Source of the DNA: Polyangiaceae bacterium
GTDB lineage: Bacteria; Myxococcota_A; Polyangia; Polyangiales; Polyangiaceae
NCBI GenBank assembly: GCA_050287085.1
Contig: JBNKBE010000011.1
Location: forward strand, 32,001 to 96,000
DNA length: 64,000 nucleotides
Reading direction: 5' to 3'
Numbering within the stretch: the first letter of the stretch is position 1; the number at the start of each line of letters is the position of its first letter. The translations under genes were made by a program, and so were the position numbers. The notes under the pieces are model-generated. The model made no database searches. It was given only the letters and a program-made list of their open reading frames with translations, and was not told the DNA's origin. This document shows positions 58,645 through 64,000 of this stretch, one piece after another.

Positions 58645-59720
58645 AGCTGATGATCTACGCGATCAACGGTCGCGGGATGGGCCACCTGAACCGCACCTTG
58701 GTCCTCGCTTCGGCGATAAAAAAGTCGGATCCCACACTCGACGTGACATTTGTCGTGGGCTCGCCCGTATTCGGCATTGTCAGCGAGGCGGGTTACGAGG
58801 TGATAAAGGTCCCAGACACCCATCATCAGCTGGGGTACTACACCGGACTGAACAATCGCCAGACCCACCTCAACGAGGTCTTCCGTGACCTCTTGGAGCA
58901 CTACCAGCCCGACGTCTTCTTGGCCGACTTCATCGTCAACGCCGAACTCTTTCGTACGGTCAAACGCTCCGGGGCTGCGCTCGCGCTCATGTTGCGTAAG
59001 CAACGCGCCTCCGTGATGGAAGCACTGGGCAAACAAGCTTGCATGCGCCTGGTAGACCGCTACCTATTGCCCCATTCAGCAGCGGAGCTTCCGCTCTCTG
59101 AGCTGCCTGCCGCATTCCGCGCGCGCTGTCGACACCTCGGACCCGTGGCGCGCCCGCTGACCCAAGCGGCGGTAGCCGAAGTCCGAGCACGGTACGCGCC
59201 CCCCACGGAGAAGCTAGTGGTTGTGGCCATTGGAGGCGGAGGCAACCCCGACTCCCACCCTACACTCGAGCTAGCGCGCTCCGTCATCGCTCAGAAGAGC
59301 CTGGGCGACGGCATACGGTGGGTGCTGGTTCATGGCCCATACTTTCCCGGCGAGGTCATCTCGTCCATAGCTGCGGTCAGTGAACTCCGCTACACGCCGG
59401 ATCTGCTGCCACTGATGGCGGCCGCAGACGTCGTATTGTGCAACGCCGGCTACAACACGCTCCAGGAACTCGAGACCTGCGGCACGCCCGCCGTGCTGGT
59501 CCCGCTCACGAATACCGGCCGCGACGACCAGGAGGAACGCGCCCGTGACTGGGAGGCTCGGGGGCAAGCACTGGTGGCCCAACGTGAGTCCGCCGACGTC
59601 TCGCAGAAGCTACGCGACATCTTGTTCGAAGGACACGTAGCCCGGCGTCCAGCCGCCTATGAAGACGGCACAGATGTCGCCGGTGAGCGTTGCCTCGATG
59701 CCCTAGGAGAGCTGCGATGA
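58641..59720 (+). CDS. GT-B glycosyltransferase (GT28-C-like)
   Basis: NGRGMGHLNR, GGGG, AADVVLCNAGYNT..E, DQEERA. Confidence 0.85.
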   Translation: MKLMIYAINGRGMGHLNRTLVLASAIKKSDPTLDVTFVVGSPVFGIVSEAGYEVIKVPDTHHQLGYYTGLNNRQTHLNEVFRDLLEHYQPDVFLADFIVNAELFRTVKRSGAALALMLRKQRASVMEALGKQACMRLVDRYLLPHSAAELPLSELPAAFRARCRHLGPVARPLTQAAVAEVRARYAPPTEKLVVVAIGGGGNPDSHPTLELARSVIAQKSLGDGIRWVLVHGPYFPGEVISSIAAVSELRYTPDLLPLMAAADVVLCNAGYNTLQELETCGTPAVLVPLTNTGRDDQEERARDWEARGQALVAQRESADVSQKLRDILFEGHVARRPAAYEDGTDVAGERCLDALGELR

Positions 59721-60253
59721 GCGTTCAACTCGTGCGACCATCGCTGCGGTGGCAAGCGCGCTTTCTTGCAGCAGTTGCGGACAGTGCCAAACTGCACCAC
59801 CCTTGGGTTTACCCGCCCTCAACCGCAACTGGATACGCCGCCTATATCAAACGTTGCCGCAGCTCCAACTTTGCTGGCCACTTGCTATGCACCGAGAACG
59901 GCGACCTCGCTGGCGTCATCAACATCTCGGAGATCGTTCGCGGCGCATTCTGCAATGGCTACGTCGGCTACTACGCCTTTCTACCCTACGCCGGGTGCGG
60001 GTTGATGAAGCTCGGTCTGCAGCTCCTGGTCCGTCGCGCCTTTACCGAGCTGGGTCTGCACCGGCTGGAAGTGAACGTTCAACCCGACAACGTCCCTTCG
60101 CTCGCGCTGGCCCGGAGTGCCGGCTTTCGCCGAGAGGGCTTCTCGCCTCGCTATCTTCGAATCGGGACAGAATGGAAAGACCATGAGCGCTGGGCGCTCA
60201 CGATAGAAGACTGGCACGCGCCCGACGGCAAAGCCAAGAGCTGCTCGGAATAG
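59717..60253 (+). CDS. GNAT N-acetyltransferase (RimJ/RimL-like)
   Basis: IVRGAF, LHRLEVNVQPDN..S, GFRREGFSPRYLRI..W.DHERWA. Confidence 0.92.
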   Translation: MSVQLVRPSLRWQARFLAAVADSAKLHHPWVYPPSTATGYAAYIKRCRSSNFAGHLLCTENGDLAGVINISEIVRGAFCNGYVGYYAFLPYAGCGLMKLGLQLLVRRAFTELGLHRLEVNVQPDNVPSLALARSAGFRREGFSPRYLRIGTEWKDHERWALTIEDWHAPDGKAKSCSE

Positions 60254-60285
60254 TCAGCGCCTACTCGCCCCAGACCTCGAACCGC

Positions 60286-61545
60286 TCAGGGCCTCTCGGC
60301 GGGCGTCAAGTAGAAGAAGTCGCGCACGCTGCGCTTGCGAATGTACTCGTCGTCGCTGAATTCAAAGCCGTCCGCGAGCGCCACTGCCTTGCGCGTTGCC
60401 CCCGCAGCATCGCGCTCAAAAAGGACGAACTTTGGATAGGAGAAGTTGACGTCCAATTGAGCGACCGTCTGAGCCCCTGCGTGCAGCATGCCGTCCACCA
60501 AGGCACGTGCCGTCGTGTGATTGCTGATCGCGACATAGAGAACCCTGCCTTCGCGCCCCACGCCCACGGCAGAACGGCGAATCACGGTATTGCCGTCAAG
60601 CGTCGCTCCCCATTTCTTCGTGAAGCCGTCCCGCAGACGGGGGTGCACCACACCGTCCTCGGCCATGCAATTGGGCGTCTGACGCCACCAAGCAAACTCA
60701 TGCACCCTCGCCGCCACGTCGTCCCACCCGTCGACGATAACGCGACCGTTCGGCAGCCCTGCGACGACACAAACACCCGCCTTCGGAGCTGCCCACGTCA
60801 CCCCGTCCAGCCCCATTCCGTAGCCCCCGTGTTCGGTCTTAAAGCCGCCGTTGAACGCGGCCAAGACCCGCGAGTGGTCCGAATCCGGGATCCGTCCCGG
60901 GCGCGGCAATCCCTCGGCTTCCGGCTCGGTCCCTTGTGGCTCGCGCGTGCCAGGAACGAGGTGGACGCTCGCACGATCCAAGTCGATGGCAACCACAAAC
61001 AGCTCTGCCCAGGAGCGGTTCTTGTCCGGGTGAAGGAGCGTCTTGCGGAGCGGTGTCGCCATGCCCGGTAGATCCGGAAGCGCAATCTCGAGCCACACCC
61101 CATCTCCCGGCGCGAACCAGGACGAATGCACCGGCCCTACGTCCGGTAGCGCAAGGGGAGGTGGGGCGGGGACCCCACCATCCACCGGAATCTTCCCCCG
61201 CGATGCCCCAGCGTCGACGCCCACCGTCGCCGGGGGGGAGGGAAGCGGACCCGCGGCCGAGCGCTGGGGAAGCGCCCATCGCGCCCGCGGGACCTCCCCA
61301 GAGCGCAGCATGCGGTTGACGCTGTCCTCGACGCTATAAGCAAAGTTCTCCAGTTCCGTGACGGCGGTCACGCCCACAACGGCGCGCAGTCCGTCCGCGA
61401 CCAGAGGCCCCAACCACTCGACCCGATTGACGGCGATCCACAAGCCCGCCGGGAGCGCAAGGCCCAACAAGACCACTCCGACACTCAAGCGACGGCGAAG
61501 CTGCGACCTACCCGGGGCCACCTGATGGCGCTGAGACTCCGTCAT
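60286..61545 (-). CDS. Membrane-anchored protein, phosphodiester glycosidase-like
   Basis: N-terminal TM; AAFNGGFK, RRSAVG, AQLDVN, RDFFY. Confidence 0.65.
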   Translation of the reverse strand: MTESQRHQVAPGRSQLRRRLSVGVVLLGLALPAGLWIAVNRVEWLGPLVADGLRAVVGVTAVTELENFAYSVEDSVNRMLRSGEVPRARWALPQRSAAGPLPSPPATVGVDAGASRGKIPVDGGVPAPPPLALPDVGPVHSSWFAPGDGVWLEIALPDLPGMATPLRKTLLHPDKNRSWAELFVVAIDLDRASVHLVPGTREPQGTEPEAEGLPRPGRIPDSDHSRVLAAFNGGFKTEHGGYGMGLDGVTWAAPKAGVCVVAGLPNGRVIVDGWDDVAARVHEFAWWRQTPNCMAEDGVVHPRLRDGFTKKWGATLDGNTVIRRSAVGVGREGRVLYVAISNHTTARALVDGMLHAGAQTVAQLDVNFSYPKFVLFERDAAGATRKAVALADGFEFSDDEYIRKRSVRDFFYLTPAERP

Positions 61546-61765
61546 CGCATAGGGCTATAAACCACCGTGGCCAAAAAGGTCCACGTCAGCGTAGAAACAC
61601 TGGGCCGACGCTGCAAACGCTCCGCCCAACACATGCTGGAACATGGATTTGAAACGGAAAGGACTGGTAGTACCCCGCCCCGAGCCTGACTCCCGTCGCT
61701 CGGTGGATCACGTTGAGCCAAACCCTAACTTCATCCTCAGCAGCGCCCGCTGACCACTGACTCAG

Positions 61766-64000
61766 GTGACCGGCATTCCATCGAGACTCCAGAAGCCGCC
61801 CACGCGCTACCTGGGCGCGCGGCTCCATCGCCTCCAGGCGAGTGTGGTGCGGTGGCTGTGGCTCGGTGTGCTCGTCGCAAGCGCCCCGCAACCCGTGCAG
61901 GCGGCCCCCGAGCAGCGCACCACGGAGGAGGCGGAAGGGGCTTCCCTCCGCACCTACTCGTTGCGTCCCCCGACGGATGTCGCTTCACTCGTGGGGCGAC
62001 CCATCCGCGAGATGGTGCTGGTTTTGGACGACTCGGGGCCGGCTCCGGTCCGCTTCGACTGGGCGCCTCTCCATCAGCCCTTCAGCCCCAGCCTAGCCCG
62101 ACAGGCCCTCCGCGAGCTGCTGCGCAGCGGGCGCTTCGCGGCTCTCGACGTCGAGGTCGATGATCTAGGGGACGGGGTACGCCTGCGCTTCGTTGGGACC
62201 TCCCGCTACGTGGTGTCGCAGGTTGTGCTGCATGGCAACGTGCTGGCCCTCGATGAAACCCTGGAAGCGACGCGGCTTGGAGAAGGGCATGAGATCACCA
62301 GGCCCGCAGTCGCCAAGATCACGGCTCGACTCTGGCAGCTGTATCAAGACCGCGGGTTTCCATACGCGCGGATCTCTGGACGACTCAAGCAGCTACCAAA
62401 CACGCAGCGTGTTGACGTGATAGTCCGGATCGAAGCGGGTCGTCCCTTGCGCATCACAGACGTTAGGTTTCAGAAGGGGTCGGTACACAGCGAGCAACAA
62501 CGTGCATCGCTCGCCCACGTCGTTCAGCGCTACGGCATCGTCGCTGGGGACCGCGCCGACGAACTTGCCCTGCGAGCAGCCGACGAGCGCATGACGTGGG
62601 AGCTGAAGCGGCGTGGGTTTCGCACGGCGCTCGTCCGACACCAAACGCTCCCGGGTCGAGGTGGCGCAGCGGTGCTCGTTGATATCGCACAAGGCCCCGC
62701 AACCCTTGTGCGCTTCGAGGGCAACCACACCTTTGACAGCGCGGTGCTGCATGACGCCCTTGAGCTGGGCGAACGCGAGGACGTTTCCGTTCGAGCTCTC
62801 GTCAGCACGCTCGAGAACTTCTACGCGGAGCGAGGGTTTCTAGACATACAAATTACCCCAAAGCGGCTGCACGACGTCGGGCGAGAAGACCTTCTTCTTC
62901 AGGTGCACGAAGGCAGCCCCATTCGCATCGTGGCCCGCACCTACCCCTGTCTCGATGGGGGTCGCACGCCGCAAGAGCTGGACGCGGAACTTGACGCCTT
63001 CCTCCGGGAAACGCTGCCGGGCGGCGACGATCTGGTCGAAGCAGTTCATCCAGGGCTTGGGCGACAACACCTGCAACCAGAATTCAGCTCGAACCCGCCA
63101 CGCCCAGATGTGTTTCGTTTGGAACCCGCCGAAACCTACACACCCAGCGGATACGACAAGGCGGTGGCCCACCTCAGGGATCTGTTTCGCTCGGAAGGTT
63201 ACCTTGGTGCAGAGGTCGGCCCGGCCGTTCTGTTGCGACGGCAATGCACCAAGAACTCTTCGCCGGGAGCCTGTCAGCCCATCGGCGAAAGAGAAACTCT
63301 TCCCCTTCGCTGCGATGAGACGCCGCGAACGTTGGCGCCGACCGAAATTGCCCAAAGCCCATGCGTGGAGGACCCAACTCACGGCATCTACTGCGAGAGC
63401 AAGGCGGTACTGAGCATCCCGGTACAAAGAGGTCCCCAAACAAGCCTGTGGGACGTGCAATTCCGCGGCAATCACAACCTGCTCGATGCCCAGCTTGGCG
63501 AGGTGGCTGCACTGCAGCCGGGTGCTCCGCTCTCGCAGGTCGCGCTTCAGGAAGCGCGGCGACATCTGCTGGATCTGTATGCCGATCACGGCTTCGCCTT
63601 CGCCAGCGTCGAGGCGACCATCGAGTTGTCCGCGGATAAGACTCGCGGCCTCGCCGTCTTCAATATCGGGGAACGCGCCCAAGTCCGTGTCGCGGACATC
63701 CAGATCCGAGGCGCCGAACGGACGAGCCACGGTCTGATCCTGAGTCGCCTGGAGTTGCAACGCGGCGACCTATTCCGCCGCGACAAAGTCCGCGAAAGTG
63801 AAGAGCAGCTTGCGACCCTTGGAACGTTTGCCAGCGTCAAGATCGGCCTCCTCGATCCGGATGTGCCAGCGCGCTCGAAGACCGTGGTCGTCACAGTGAG
63901 CGAGTTGCCCTCGCAATACGTCGACCTGCGCCCAGGCGTGAGCACCGGGGAAGGCTGGCGCGCCCGTCTTGAATACGGGCATCGCAATGTGGGGTCCCGC
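61766..64000 (+). CDS. BamA/TamA-family POTRA-domain outer-membrane assembly protein (partial, runs off the window)
   Basis: Absent from the ORF track because it has no stop; signal peptide, POTRA-like repeats (VRFEGN, Y..RGF, VQFRGN, YADHGFAFA, IRGAERT) and barrel start LEYGHRNV. Confidence 0.85.
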   Translation, partial: MTGIPSRLQKPPTRYLGARLHRLQASVVRWLWLGVLVASAPQPVQAAPEQRTTEEAEGASLRTYSLRPPTDVASLVGRPIREMVLVLDDSGPAPVRFDWAPLHQPFSPSLARQALRELLRSGRFAALDVEVDDLGDGVRLRFVGTSRYVVSQVVLHGNVLALDETLEATRLGEGHEITRPAVAKITARLWQLYQDRGFPYARISGRLKQLPNTQRVDVIVRIEAGRPLRITDVRFQKGSVHSEQQRASLAHVVQRYGIVAGDRADELALRAADERMTWELKRRGFRTALVRHQTLPGRGGAAVLVDIAQGPATLVRFEGNHTFDSAVLHDALELGEREDVSVRALVSTLENFYAERGFLDIQITPKRLHDVGREDLLLQVHEGSPIRIVARTYPCLDGGRTPQELDAELDAFLRETLPGGDDLVEAVHPGLGRQHLQPEFSSNPPRPDVFRLEPAETYTPSGYDKAVAHLRDLFRSEGYLGAEVGPAVLLRRQCTKNSSPGACQPIGERETLPLRCDETPRTLAPTEIAQSPCVEDPTHGIYCESKAVLSIPVQRGPQTSLWDVQFRGNHNLLDAQLGEVAALQPGAPLSQVALQEARRHLLDLYADHGFAFASVEATIELSADKTRGLAVFNIGERAQVRVADIQIRGAERTSHGLILSRLELQRGDLFRRDKVRESEEQLATLGTFASVKIGLLDPDVPARSKTVVVTVSELPSQYVDLRPGVSTGEGWRARLEYGHRNVGSR

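Noticed and set aside
62840..63982. Minus-strand ORFs of 306, 133 and 70 aa
   Set aside because: Antisense to the uninterrupted POTRA/BamA frame on the plus strand
1..64000. Mobile elements, prophage, defence island, rRNA or tRNA
   Set aside because: No transposase, integrase, phage, cas or restriction motifs, no RNA-gene signatures and no clear compositional island seen by eye

Overview
A 64-kb, GC-rich, gene-dense bacterial window. Myxobacteria-type Cys-rich repeats, many lipoproteins, ECF sigma/anti-sigma pairs and a STAS/SEC14-like small protein suggest Myxococcota (probably Polyangiaceae-like); this is an inference. Main contents: (i) two ECF sigma modules; (ii) a five-gene circularly permuted ATP-grasp / alpha-E / transglutaminase / DUF2126 operon, a predicted but uncharacterised peptide-ligation system; (iii) a Cys-repeat metzincin lipoprotein; (iv) a TetR-hydrolase pair whose operator is repeated inside the hydrolase coding sequence; (v) a tandem four-CxxCH di-haem oxidoreductase coupled to a Trp-rich beta-propeller lipoprotein; (vi) an orphan Cys-rich peptide resembling DUF692-associated precursors; (vii) scattered cobamide/tetrapyrrole genes (bluB-cobT fusion, cobA-hemD, cbiX/sirB, cobO); (viii) a class I terpene synthase, plus RecQ, GlpD, ABC transporters and a partial BamA/POTRA gene. 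Features the ORF track misses or shows incorrectly: a decayed HelD/UvrD-like helicase pseudogene (about 30330-30810), a frameshifted beta-barrel lipoprotein gene (4580-5244), a structured intergenic repeat (16188-16385) and two short VNTRs. I saw no rRNA, tRNA, CRISPR array, transposase or integrase. All calls come from reading motifs by eye, with no database searches, and nothing here is a provably new system.
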